Positions 22,254-30,815 of a DNA stretch of 64,000 nt are shown here, in pieces. Under the pieces are notes generated by a model, which worked only from the letters and a program-made list of their open reading frames with translations, did not search any database and was not told where the DNA came from. Both the position numbers and the translations under genes were made by a program. Position 1 is the stretch's first letter, and the number at the start of each line of letters is the position of its first letter. This stretch comes from an uncultured Arcobacter sp. Its GTDB lineage: Bacteria; Campylobacterota; Campylobacteria; Campylobacterales; Arcobacteraceae. The stretch lies in contig OZ223302.1 in assembly GCA_965140705.1 (NCBI GenBank), positions 480,001 to 544,000 of the forward strand, read 5' to 3'.

Positions 22254-22853
22254 CTAATTTGCGATGCTAACCATTGCAGGTCTTAAAAGTCTCTCTTTTA
22301 ACATATAACCTTTTTGCATAACTTGCACAATTTCACCTGTTTGTTTATCTTCACTATCCACTTGCATAATTGCATTGTGAAAGTTTGGATCAAACTCACC
22401 ATCTGTTTCTACAACTGTAATATTGTGTTTTTCAAAAGCTGTATAGAAGTTTTTAATTGTAAGTTCTACACCCTCTTTTAATTTAGCAAGTAAATCTTCT
22501 GCACTAAGATTTGTTGCTGCTTCTTCAGCTGCTAATGCCATCTCTAATGTATCAATTGGAGATAATAAGTCTTTTGCAAATTTTTCACTTGCATAATCAA
22601 TTGCTTGATATTTTTCTTTTTCTAATCTCTTTTTGATATTTTCAAAATCCGCATGAACTCTTAAATACTTCTCTTCTGTCTCTTTTAATTTCGCTTCAAG
22701 TTCAGCAATTTTGTCTTCTGCTGTTAACTCTTTCTTTTCTTCACTTGCAGTTTCTTCTTTAGAACATGAAGACTCATCTTTACAACACTCTTCGTTTGTC
22801 TCAACTTCTTGTTCTATTTCTTCGTTCTTTGTATTTTCTGTATCTTTACTCAA
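22254..22853 (-). CDS. grpE: Nucleotide exchange factor GrpE
   Basis: [32 protein letters not shown]. Confidence 0.97.
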   Translation of the reverse strand: MSKDTENTKNEEIEQEVETNEECCKDESSCSKEETASEEKKELTAEDKIAELEAKLKETEEKYLRVHADFENIKKRLEKEKYQAIDYASEKFAKDLLSPIDTLEMALAAEEAATNLSAEDLLAKLKEGVELTIKNFYTAFEKHNITVVETDGEFDPNFHNAIMQVDSEDKQTGEIVQVMQKGYMLKERLLRPAMVSIAN

Positions 22854-22863
22854 AATAACTCTC

Positions 22864-23655
22864 CTAATTCATACTTATTTTATTATAAAAGAATTCATAA
22901 TCTTTTGACAGTTCTCCAACCACCAAAAGTTTAGATTCTTTACTGTTAATTATACAATCATGACAAATACCAATATATCCCTCAGGGACTATTGTGTCAA
23001 AATAAATAGCATTTTCAATGCTCTCAAAAATAGTTCCTTTTAGAAACTTTTCAATAGTATCTTCATCATAATTAAATCTTAATACCAATGAAAAAAATTC
23101 TTTAGTATTAAAAATTCTAAAGTCTCTATTTTTCAAAAATTGGTTTACTGATTCATATACTTCGTAAGCACCAACTTGCTTAGAAATATTTACAATATGT
23201 ATCAGTTCTAAACCTATCATATCACTTAAAAATCTATAAAGAGCATCTGTAAACTTTACAGTTACATTAAAAGTTGAAAACTCTAAAATCATATATCGAT
23301 TTTCTACATTAAGTATATTTTTTAAAACATCGCTAGTTTGTTCTAATATAAATGCTGTCAATCCAACTTGAGAAGAATAATAATCAACTGCTTTTTCATC
23401 TACAAAATTGAGTTTAAAGTTTAACTTTGAACTCCAATATTGTCTCAAAGCTTCTGTTGTAGGTGTTCTGCCACTACTCACATGTTCTTGAGCCAAATAT
23501 CCCTCATCACCCAACTTTTTAAAGTATCCTCTAATAGTAGCTGGTGAATATGTGATATCATACATATTCTTAAGCTGTGAAGAACCTATAGGCTCTAGAT
23601 GCTCAATATATGCTTTGATAATAGATTGTAATAAAAACTCTTTTTTGTCAATCAT
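22864..23655 (-). CDS. hrcA: Heat-inducible transcription repressor HrcA
   Basis: [14 protein letters not shown]...[15 protein letters not shown]; start set at ATG 23655. Confidence 0.92.
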   Translation of the reverse strand: MIDKKEFLLQSIIKAYIEHLEPIGSSQLKNMYDITYSPATIRGYFKKLGDEGYLAQEHVSSGRTPTTEALRQYWSSKLNFKLNFVDEKAVDYYSSQVGLTAFILEQTSDVLKNILNVENRYMILEFSTFNVTVKFTDALYRFLSDMIGLELIHIVNISKQVGAYEVYESVNQFLKNRDFRIFNTKEFFSLVLRFNYDEDTIEKFLKGTIFESIENAIYFDTIVPEGYIGICHDCIINSKESKLLVVGELSKDYEFFYNKISMN

Positions 23656-23675
23656 TTCCAACCAATTTTGTTTAT

Positions 23676-23702
23676 TTAGCACTCATAATCTTAAACTGCT
23701 AA
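23676..23702. promoter_or_regulatory. CIRCE-like HrcA operator 1
   Basis: TTAGCACTC-N9-AACTGCTAA versus consensus TTAGCACTC-N9-GAGTGCTAA. Confidence 0.8.
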
Positions 23703-23705
23703 ATA

Positions 23706-23735
23706 ATTATACTCAATTGAGTGTTTATTTGTCAA
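23706..23735 (-). promoter_or_regulatory. Sigma-70-type promoter of hrcA-grpE-dnaK
   Basis: Minus strand TTGACA-N18-TATAAT, lying between the two CIRCE-like boxes. Confidence 0.7.
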
Positions 23736-23742
23736 GTATTTT

Positions 23743-23769
23743 TTAGCAATTAATAAATAAAAGTGCTAA
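23743..23769. promoter_or_regulatory. CIRCE-like HrcA operator 2
   Basis: TTAGCAATT-N9-AAGTGCTAA. Confidence 0.7.
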
Positions 23770-23839
23770 TTTGTTATTTAGAGTTGAGTTAGTGGGGTTT
23801 ATAGAAACTTAATTTTAAGTAAATTTATACAATTCTATT

Positions 23840-24068
23840 CTCTTGAAGACTTAGCAGTCTTCGCTTTTCTTACTTTTGTATTGACAAAAAGTAAGCAAAA
23901 ACAACTACGGCTGCGAAGCCAAAGGTTCCCTCACTTTTTATTTTTATCTTTTCTGATTGGTAAAACTCGTTTATTAAAACTTCCATTTAGGAACTTTTAA
24001 ACACTCAGACAGTTACCAATCTTATTTCAAAAAGAGAAAAATAAACGCTCAGCTTCTGTAGATGTAGC
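23840..24068 (+). repeat. Structured non-coding element, copy A (multi-stem; ncRNA or non-autonomous repeat)
   Basis: gaagac/gtcttc hairpin, CTTACTTTT/AAAAGTAAG hairpin, nested long stem containing AAAACTC and CTCAGACAG; same architecture as copy B. Confidence 0.7.
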
Positions 24069-24130
24069 AATATATTTGGTGTCTAAATATTACTTTATAA
24101 ACTAGCAGTTAAAACCATCGTCTTTTCTTT

Positions 24131-24354
24131 CTGCCTTTGATGAAGCTGGAAGTTATATATTTATTTTCGGTAAAGCCCGAAACTGTTTGAGCGTTAAGAA
24201 ATGACCTAAACGGTCATTTTAGTGAGTTTTGCAGGGCAGGAAATAAATATATAACTGGAAGGTAGCTTGCCTTCATCAATTCGGCAGTCTTTTTTGCTTA
24301 CTTTTTCGAGATCAAAAAGTAAGAAATGCGGAGACCTTTAGGTGTCCATGAGAG
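24131..24354 (-). repeat. Structured non-coding element, copy B (inverted relative to A)
   Basis: Reverse complement has TTTCTTACTTTT..AAAAGTAAGCAAAAA, AAAACTC, CTCAAACAG, with stems ctgcc/ggcag, ttgatgaag/cttcatcaa and agttatatatttattt/aaataaatatataact. Confidence 0.7.
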
Positions 24355-24356
24355 TA

Positions 24357-25262
24357 TTAAATTAAATCCAATTCTTCACTAATATCTTTGATAAGTTTAG
24401 AAAGTGGACGTTTATTTATATCTTTATCCTCTACATAACCACCAGTTATATGTTTTAAAACATCTTCATGATTTTTAAACAAAGTTCCCTCATATTTTTG
24501 AAAAAGTTCATCAACATAACTTTCATTATAAACTTGTGCTTTTTGGATAAGTTCTAAAACGATGTCCTTGTGTTCTTGATATAAAGTTTCCAAAGCAAAA
24601 TCTTCTTTTATTTTTTTTGCTTTATCATCTAGTGTTTCAAGTTTTAAATCAAAGCCTTTTTCATCATAAAAAAATTTGCTATTTTTAATTTTTAATTTAA
24701 ATTTTGCATAATCATTAAAACTATCTTTGTATGGATGAAGATGTGTAATAGTTGAGAATTTAGCTGTACTTTTTAATCTTGAATTACACAATATACAAGA
24801 TGGTATCAAATTATAAAACGATAAGGCTAAAATTGGATATGTTCCTTTGTCATAAAAATGGTCAAAATCTGGTCTTGTTGATTTACTATTTTTATCTTTT
24901 ATTGTAAAAGTATAGTTTCTATTACAATATGGACAAACATTTACTTTTAATTTTTTGGCTAAATCATAAGCATTGTAAGTTGTTGTTCCTTTTGATGAAA
25001 ATTTTGAATAACCAACACTTCCACCACAATCTTTTCCACCAACAAATGCTTTTTTTAATTTGTTATTATCAATATTATTTTGTTTTATTATAGATATAAT
25101 ATTTTCAAATTCATCAGGTTTTGCTTTTAAAATATATTCAATATTTTGTTTTATAAAAATTCTTTCTCTGTTTTGTAAAACTTCATATTTTATATACTGT
25201 TGTACTTTTTCTACATGATTTTTTAAAATCTCTTCTTCATTTTCAAGATGAATTTTAATCAT
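24357..25262 (-). CDS. HNH endonuclease, PtuB-like (Septu-type defence)
   Basis: CPYCN ... DFDHFYDKGTYPILALSFYNLIPSCILCN zinc-HNH motif; same operon as the ABC-type ATPase. Confidence 0.8.
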   Translation of the reverse strand: MIKIHLENEEEILKNHVEKVQQYIKYEVLQNRERIFIKQNIEYILKAKPDEFENIISIIKQNNIDNNKLKKAFVGGKDCGGSVGYSKFSSKGTTTYNAYDLAKKLKVNVCPYCNRNYTFTIKDKNSKSTRPDFDHFYDKGTYPILALSFYNLIPSCILCNSRLKSTAKFSTITHLHPYKDSFNDYAKFKLKIKNSKFFYDEKGFDLKLETLDDKAKKIKEDFALETLYQEHKDIVLELIQKAQVYNESYVDELFQKYEGTLFKNHEDVLKHITGGYVEDKDINKRPLSKLIKDISEELDLI

Positions 25263-25615
25263 TACTCAAAATCATTACTAAGTTTTAAAATCTTTGTTTC
25301 AAGTTCTTCTAAACTATCTCTTAAAATATCTTCCACAATTGCTAATCTAACTCTTTCATAATCATGAGCAATAAAATTTCTTACATCATAAGAACCTTTA
25401 GCTTCTTGTGTCAAATTATATTTATCAATAATTTCTTTATCAATTTTATTTAGACTCTCTCCAATTTGAAGTAAAGCCATCAATATTGCAGGTTGGGCTT
25501 CTAATTCATCTTCAAGTGCTTTTACTATTCCACCATGTTTTGAAATAATTTTTTTAATATTATCTATCATCTTTAAGATAAATTTTGTTTTTGCGTAAGT
25601 TGAGATATTAGACAT
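25262..25615 (-). CDS. HEPN (DUF86/HepT-like) ribonuclease toxin
   Basis: LLQIGES and RNFIAHDY (Rx4HxY) motif; adjacent to MNT. Confidence 0.88.
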   Translation of the reverse strand: MSNISTYAKTKFILKMIDNIKKIISKHGGIVKALEDELEAQPAILMALLQIGESLNKIDKEIIDKYNLTQEAKGSYDVRNFIAHDYERVRLAIVEDILRDSLEELETKILKLSNDFE

Positions 25616-25925
25616 ATTTTACTTCTTTTAAAATAAACTCTTTTCCAATCTCATTTAAAGTATCTTTATCTACAAAATCAACCTCTTTTTGTAACTCTTT
25701 TTTTAAAAATTCTTTTGTATCCGCAAGTTTTGAGAAAGCAGTAAATCCTTTATATTTTTGCATAAAAGCTTTTATATCTTGTATTTCATAAAGAATATCA
25801 ATATCACTACTATGAGTATAATCTCCCCTTGCATAAGAACCAAATATACCTAAAATATTTATTCCATCACTATTAAGCATAGGTTTGATGAGTTTTAATT
25901 TTTCATAAATATCATTGGCACTCAT
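25608..25925 (-). CDS. Minimal nucleotidyltransferase (MNT/MntA-like antitoxin)
   Basis: GIFGSYARGDYTHSSDIDIL (GSx10DxD), KEVDFV. Confidence 0.9.
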   Translation of the reverse strand: MSANDIYEKLKLIKPMLNSDGINILGIFGSYARGDYTHSSDIDILYEIQDIKAFMQKYKGFTAFSKLADTKEFLKKELQKEVDFVDKDTLNEIGKEFILKEVKYV

Positions 25926-25926
25926 T

Positions 25927-27480
25927 TTATTTTTTTCCTTCTAATTTTTCTAGTTTTTCTGTTAATTCTTTAATTTCTTCTTTTATTGTATCAATTTCTG
26001 TTTTATTTGACAACTCCATTTTGTTTTTTAACATTCTTTGTAGTTCTCTTTTTATAATGGGTTCACCAATTATATTTATAATATTTTGAGCATCTTTATC
26101 ATTATTTATTGTAGCATTTTTGTCATTATTTAAATATTTTATTACATTATCAATTTTACTCTTAGCAAACTCACCCATAAGCCCATCTTTCATAAAAAAA
26201 CCATGAGAAAGTAAAGTGTGAATGTTTGCTCCAAAAGTTTGTTGATTATCTTCAAATGGGCAAACTTGTTTTCCTTTTTCTAAAAATACTACATTTTCTT
26301 TTGGTAAGTCTGAAAGAATAAAAGGTGAATGAGAAGAAATTATTAGATTAAATTTAGTATCAAGTTTTTTTATAAAATCAATAATTTCTATTAAAAATCT
26401 TTTTTGCCAATTTGGGTGTAAACATAGTTCTATTTCATCAAAAGTGATTAATAAATTATTTTGATAATTTTCTATTGTTCTATAAAAAAAATAGAGATTT
26501 AAAAATATTCCAAAAAACATTTGTTCACCAGTACTTAAAGAGCTCCAGTTTCTTTCTTTTGAATCAATATAATCTATTTCAAAAAAATAGTTAAAATTAT
26601 ACAAATAAAAATCTTTTTCTTCTTTCTTTAATAAATCTAAATCAAGTATTTTTTCATTAAAAAAAGTATTGAATTCTTCTTGTGTAATATAACTTTTATC
26701 TTTTTTAAATTCATTTTCTAAATAGTTAATATCATTTAATTTTTCTATTTCAAAAAGGTTATTTTCTAAATGAAATAAAATAAGAAATTTATGATAGTAA
26801 TCATCTATTTCTTCAAATAACTCTAACAATTCTGAAGAGTTAGTAACTTCTTCATTTTCATCATAAATTATCTGATTAAATAATTCAGAAAAGTCTATTG
26901 GCTTGATTATTATAGTTGATGGAAAATAAAAGATTTGATTTTTTGGAAAAGGTTGCTCTTCTTGAATATGCATACTCATAAGTTGGTTTATTTCAAAATT
27001 AGACAATTTTATATTATTTATTTTATTTTTATAATTTAGATGTCTTTTTTTATCTTCACTATATTTTTCTTCTATGCTGTTAAAATATGTTAATACCGAT
27101 ATATTATGAATATCTTTAATTAGAGTATTTTCTTTTGTAAAATCAAAATTACTTTGATAGTGTATATGATTATTTATTGATATTAAAAGAATATATTTTG
27201 TTTTTAATTCTATATTTATTTTAGAACAAATTATATTTAACAATGATTGAATAGAAGTCTTTCCACTTCCATTCTCACCAACAATAGCAGTAACATTTAT
27301 ATCTTTACTAAAAAAATCTTTCAAAGGATTTTCTTTAGAAGTTATTTTTAACTCACTTTTTTCAGATAATTTATCATCTTCATAAATAGGTGTAAATTCA
27401 CACTCAAAATTCGGAGAAAAATTAAATCCCTGTTTCTTTATATTCTTATAGTCCTCAACCCACAAATAAACTAATTCCAT
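25927..27480 (-). CDS. ABC/AAA-type ATPase, PtuA-like (Septu-type defence)
   Basis: Walker A GENGSGKT, signature LSTGEQ, Walker B FDEIELCLHP, H-loop SSHSPF, C-terminal TFGANIHTLL..GFF...IGEPII. Confidence 0.82.
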   Translation of the reverse strand: MELVYLWVEDYKNIKKQGFNFSPNFECEFTPIYEDDKLSEKSELKITSKENPLKDFFSKDINVTAIVGENGSGKTSIQSLLNIICSKINIELKTKYILLISINNHIHYQSNFDFTKENTLIKDIHNISVLTYFNSIEEKYSEDKKRHLNYKNKINNIKLSNFEINQLMSMHIQEEQPFPKNQIFYFPSTIIIKPIDFSELFNQIIYDENEEVTNSSELLELFEEIDDYYHKFLILFHLENNLFEIEKLNDINYLENEFKKDKSYITQEEFNTFFNEKILDLDLLKKEEKDFYLYNFNYFFEIDYIDSKERNWSSLSTGEQMFFGIFLNLYFFYRTIENYQNNLLITFDEIELCLHPNWQKRFLIEIIDFIKKLDTKFNLIISSHSPFILSDLPKENVVFLEKGKQVCPFEDNQQTFGANIHTLLSHGFFMKDGLMGEFAKSKIDNVIKYLNNDKNATINNDKDAQNIINIIGEPIIKRELQRMLKNKMELSNKTEIDTIKEEIKELTEKLEKLEGKK

Positions 27481-27564
27481 AATAACTCTTTAAATAAAAT
27501 ATTTATAGATATGTTACATGAATGTTATTTAAAAATTAGAATTTCGACACTTTATCAAAAATAC

Positions 27565-27688
27565 AAAAAAGCCATATTTTTGTAAAGGTCAAGGCGAAGA
27601 TTAAAATTGATGATTGAGCTTACAGAAGGTAAGTGATTGAATTAATTTTGATATTCAACGCAGAGATTTGCAAAAAGATGGCTTTTTT
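27565..27688. repeat. ~124 bp palindromic (MITE/REP-like) element
   Basis: Terminal IR aaaaaagccat-a-tttttgtaaa / tttgcaaaaa-g-atggctttttt with nested inner stems and a central cttac-agaag-gtaag hairpin. Confidence 0.6.
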
Positions 27689-28043
27689 ATTCTATGTCGA
27701 TGTCCCAGATGACAGATACTCCGTACTCTTGACTTAGCGTTATATACTTCTGATAAGTAACCTTATCTTTATACTTCTTCGAATGAAAAGTAACGACCAC
27801 ATCTTCTCCATTTAATAAAGCTCTTACTTCTCTTTGATTTAAATACTTCCCATACTTCCTCAAAGAATTTTGCCAAATCTTAAAATCACAAGTTGCATCA
27901 GGAGTAAGTTCAAAGAGTTCTCCATCTTCACTGTACCACTTAGCATTAGAGCAGGCATAAAGTTCTACTTTCTTGCCATTTATCTCTTTTTTTCGTACTT
28001 CTATTTGTCCATTTTCACAATAAGGACATTTTCCTAGAATCAA
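27687..28043 (-). CDS. Stand-alone topoisomerase C-terminal repeat / zinc-ribbon protein
   Basis: LGKCPYC ... YACSN ... CDFKIW ... GKYL..REVRALL.G, resembling the TopB C-terminal repeat. Confidence 0.7.
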   Translation of the reverse strand: MILGKCPYCENGQIEVRKKEINGKKVELYACSNAKWYSEDGELFELTPDATCDFKIWQNSLRKYGKYLNQREVRALLNGEDVVVTFHSKKYKDKVTYQKYITLSQEYGVSVIWDIDIE

Positions 28044-29188
28044 TTATACGCCTTAAATATTTTTCTATTTGAATATACAAAAATAAAAATTACACAAAGT
28101 AAAAACATACAAAGATATATTGTGTTGTTCCAACCAAAAGTTTGATAGAACATTGGAGGAATAATTGAACCAACTGTTCCACCTATGTAATAGAAACTTA
28201 AGTACATACCTGAGGTTAATGATTTTTGTGATTCTTTTAGGGAGTTTGCCATTCTAGTACTAACCGTATGAACTGTAAACATTCCTAAACAAAATAAAAA
28301 TACATTTAGAAATATGATAAGTGGATTTTCTACAATATATAGTGCTGTTGAGATTAAAAAGATTATTATTCCAAAAAGTATAGTTTTCATCTCTTTATCA
28401 AAGAATTTTATAATCTTATGAATGAAAAGTGAGACAACTATTCCAACCCCATATCCTAAATATAAAAGTCCTATCTGGCTCTCACTTGTACTTGGATCTA
28501 ACTCTTTAAGTCTAAAAGGCAAAATATTTAAAACCCCTGCAAATACAAAAAATATAGAAAACATCAAAAGATATATTACAAAAAATCTTTTATCTTTTAA
28601 TATATGTGTTATATCTTTTATTGTGGCTTTTGTTAAATGTGCTTGGGCATCGTAATTTAATCTTGTGACAAAAAATAAGCCAATAAGTGAAGCGAAAGAT
28701 AGAGATAAAAAAACCATTTGCCAAGAAAAATATGTGGCAATATATCCTGAAAATACCCTTCCTACTAAACCACCAAAAACGGTTGATGCCACATAAATTG
28801 ACATATTTAGTTTCACATTTACTTTATCTATGTTTGCTAAAATACTCATAGCTGCAGTTAAAATTGCTGGTATTACTATTGCTTCTATTGTTCTTATTGT
28901 TAAAAACATCTCATATGATGTAGAAAAAGATAAAAAAGTATTTGTAACAGCTAAAATAAGTGAGGCTGTCAATAAAACTCTTTTTGCATTTACTCGCTCT
29001 AATATATAACCATAAATAATAGGTGCAATTGCTAAAAAAAGCATAATCACTGCTGTAAATTGTGAAGATTTTACAATTGATACTTCAAACTCTTTTGCAA
29101 GTAAGGGTTGAAGTGGTTGAGTTGCATACATTACTGATAATACAATTACAATATTGTATATTATTATAGAGAGTTCTTTTGTTTTCAA
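28040..29188 (-). CDS. MFS transporter (YnfM-like)
   Basis: About 12 TM helices, YATQPLQPLL, GGLVGR, GMYLSFYYIGG. Confidence 0.88.
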   Translation of the reverse strand: MKTKELSIIIYNIVIVLSVMYATQPLQPLLAKEFEVSIVKSSQFTAVIMLFLAIAPIIYGYILERVNAKRVLLTASLILAVTNTFLSFSTSYEMFLTIRTIEAIVIPAILTAAMSILANIDKVNVKLNMSIYVASTVFGGLVGRVFSGYIATYFSWQMVFLSLSFASLIGLFFVTRLNYDAQAHLTKATIKDITHILKDKRFFVIYLLMFSIFFVFAGVLNILPFRLKELDPSTSESQIGLLYLGYGVGIVVSLFIHKIIKFFDKEMKTILFGIIIFLISTALYIVENPLIIFLNVFLFCLGMFTVHTVSTRMANSLKESQKSLTSGMYLSFYYIGGTVGSIIPPMFYQTFGWNNTIYLCMFLLCVIFIFVYSNRKIFKAYN

Positions 29189-29213
29189 TTTTGTCCGATT
29201 TTAATATAAATAA

Positions 29214-29243
29214 AAAAAGGTGAGAAATAATTCTCACCTTTTT
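29214..29243 (-). terminator. Rho-independent terminator after the response regulator
   Basis: aaaaaggtgagaa-ataa-ttctcaccttttt. Confidence 0.75.
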
Positions 29244-29263
29244 AGAAGTTAAATATCTATAAA

Positions 29264-29980
29264 TTACATATATGGTAATTCTATAATATAACCGTAACCT
29301 TTTTGAGAAATGATAAAATCATCATCAATAATTTTATCTTTTAGTCTTTTCATCACTGTTCTAAATGCAGAATCATTTGTTGTCAAGTCACCCCAAACAT
29401 CTTCTTTAAATTTTTCTACAGAAACTACTTCACCTAAGTTTTTAATTAAAACTTCTAAAATTTGAGACTCTTTTTTAGATAGTTTTACACTTAATCCATC
29501 TTTGTATAATAAACTTCTTGATCTATTATATGTATATGTATTATTTAAAACTAAAGGAGAATCATCCTCTTTAGCATCTTTTTTAGCACTTATTAACTCA
29601 TCATTTGCTTTTTGAAGCATATCCATCATATCATCTACATTTAATGGTTTAACAAAATATCCTAAAACTTTCAAATTAATAAGTTTTAATAAATCTTCTT
29701 CATTTTTGTGCGCAGAAACTATAATAAACTTTTGATCTGGAACAATTTCCAAAATTTCATCAATCATTTCAATACCATCTTTATTTGGCATTTTAATATC
29801 TGTTAAAACTAAATCAAAACACTTATCATTATTAAAACTTTCTTTATAAAAATTGATTCCTTCTTGTCCATCACTTGCTACGACTACTTCGTCGAAGATT
29901 GTATTTAAATAAAAAGATAACGTTTTTCTAGCGACTTCTTCGTCTTCTACTAGTAAAACTCTAGTTGTACATGTACTCAT
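29264..29980 (-). CDS. OmpR-family response regulator (no adjacent kinase)
   Basis: VEDE, TDIKMP, winged helix RLKDKI...GYGY. Confidence 0.92.
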   Translation of the reverse strand: MSTCTTRVLLVEDEEVARKTLSFYLNTIFDEVVVASDGQEGINFYKESFNNDKCFDLVLTDIKMPNKDGIEMIDEILEIVPDQKFIIVSAHKNEEDLLKLINLKVLGYFVKPLNVDDMMDMLQKANDELISAKKDAKEDDSPLVLNNTYTYNRSRSLLYKDGLSVKLSKKESQILEVLIKNLGEVVSVEKFKEDVWGDLTTNDSAFRTVMKRLKDKIIDDDFIISQKGYGYIIELPYM

Positions 29981-30092
29981 ACAGAGCTCCTATGTTTTAT
30001 ATATAATTAATTATTATACTTATTATACCATTTTTTTACTTTTTTTCTTTAAACAGAAAAATTATAAAAATTAATTTAATTTAAATTAATAT

Positions 30093-30815
30093 TTAGTACT
30101 TAACTTGTGATAAGTATAGTCCATTGGGAAGTGCTGGGGTTTTATAGACATATTTTTCCCTCAAAAGCTGAGATTTTAAATCACTATTTGAAAGTTTTCC
30201 TTCTGAGATTTTTAATAAAAAACCAACCATAATTCTAATTTGAGACCTTAAATAAGAGTTTGCTTCAAATCTAAAAATATAAAAATCCTTATATTTGTAA
30301 AATTTTGCATCAAAGATCTCTCTTACTTTATTATCTTTTTCACTACCACTTTTATGAAAATATTCAAAATCATGGACTCCAATAAAAAGTTTTATTGCCT
30401 CTTTTATTTTCTCTTCATCTATTTCTTTTACAAAGGTAACATAATTTGTTAAAAAAGGACTTACTTCTTTTGTAGAGATTACATATCTATATACTCTTTT
30501 TTTAGCATGAAATCTTGCATGAAACTCATCACTTACTTTTTGAATCTTTCTTATTCTAATAGAACTTGGTAACTTATAGTTCATAACTTGCTTTAACTTT
30601 GAAAAATTTGACCAATAAGAAGGAATGACTATATTAAAGACTTGCCCTGTAGCATGAACTTGTTTATCTGTTCTTCCACTAAGAGTTATTTTAGGCTCTA
30701 TATTTAATATCTTAAAGACTTCAATTAATCTATCTTCTACACTTTTTTTATTTGTCTGTCTTTGTGAACCTTGATAAGAAAATCCATCATAAGAGATTGT
30801 CATTTTTACATTCAT
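30093..30815 (-). CDS. truA: tRNA pseudouridine(38-40) synthase
   Basis: SGRTDKQVHATGQV, FHARF, GLYL. Confidence 0.95.
   Translation of the reverse strand: MNVKMTISYDGFSYQGSQRQTNKKSVEDRLIEVFKILNIEPKITLSGRTDKQVHATGQVFNIVIPSYWSNFSKLKQVMNYKLPSSIRIRKIQKVSDEFHARFHAKKRVYRYVISTKEVSPFLTNYVTFVKEIDEEKIKEAIKLFIGVHDFEYFHKSGSEKDNKVREIFDAKFYKYKDFYIFRFEANSYLRSQIRIMVGFLLKISEGKLSNSDLKSQLLREKYVYKTPALPNGLYLSQVKY

Noticed and set aside
23656..23682. Longer GTG start for hrcA given in the ORF track
   Set aside because: It falls inside the CIRCE-like box just downstream of the promoter; ATG 23655 fits the HrcA N-terminus better
23840..24354. CRISPR array or tRNA in the long intergenic region
   Set aside because: No direct repeat-spacer periodicity, no cas genes, no cloverleaf with T-loop/CCA features
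23840..27480. Complete retron (Ec78/Ec83-type) with msr-msd
   Set aside because: No reverse transcriptase (no YADD-type ORF) in or near the islet, and the structured elements lie downstream of the effectors rather than upstream of an RT
23840..27688. Autonomous IS, transposon or integron
   Set aside because: No transposase or integrase ORF, and no clear target-site duplication could be identified
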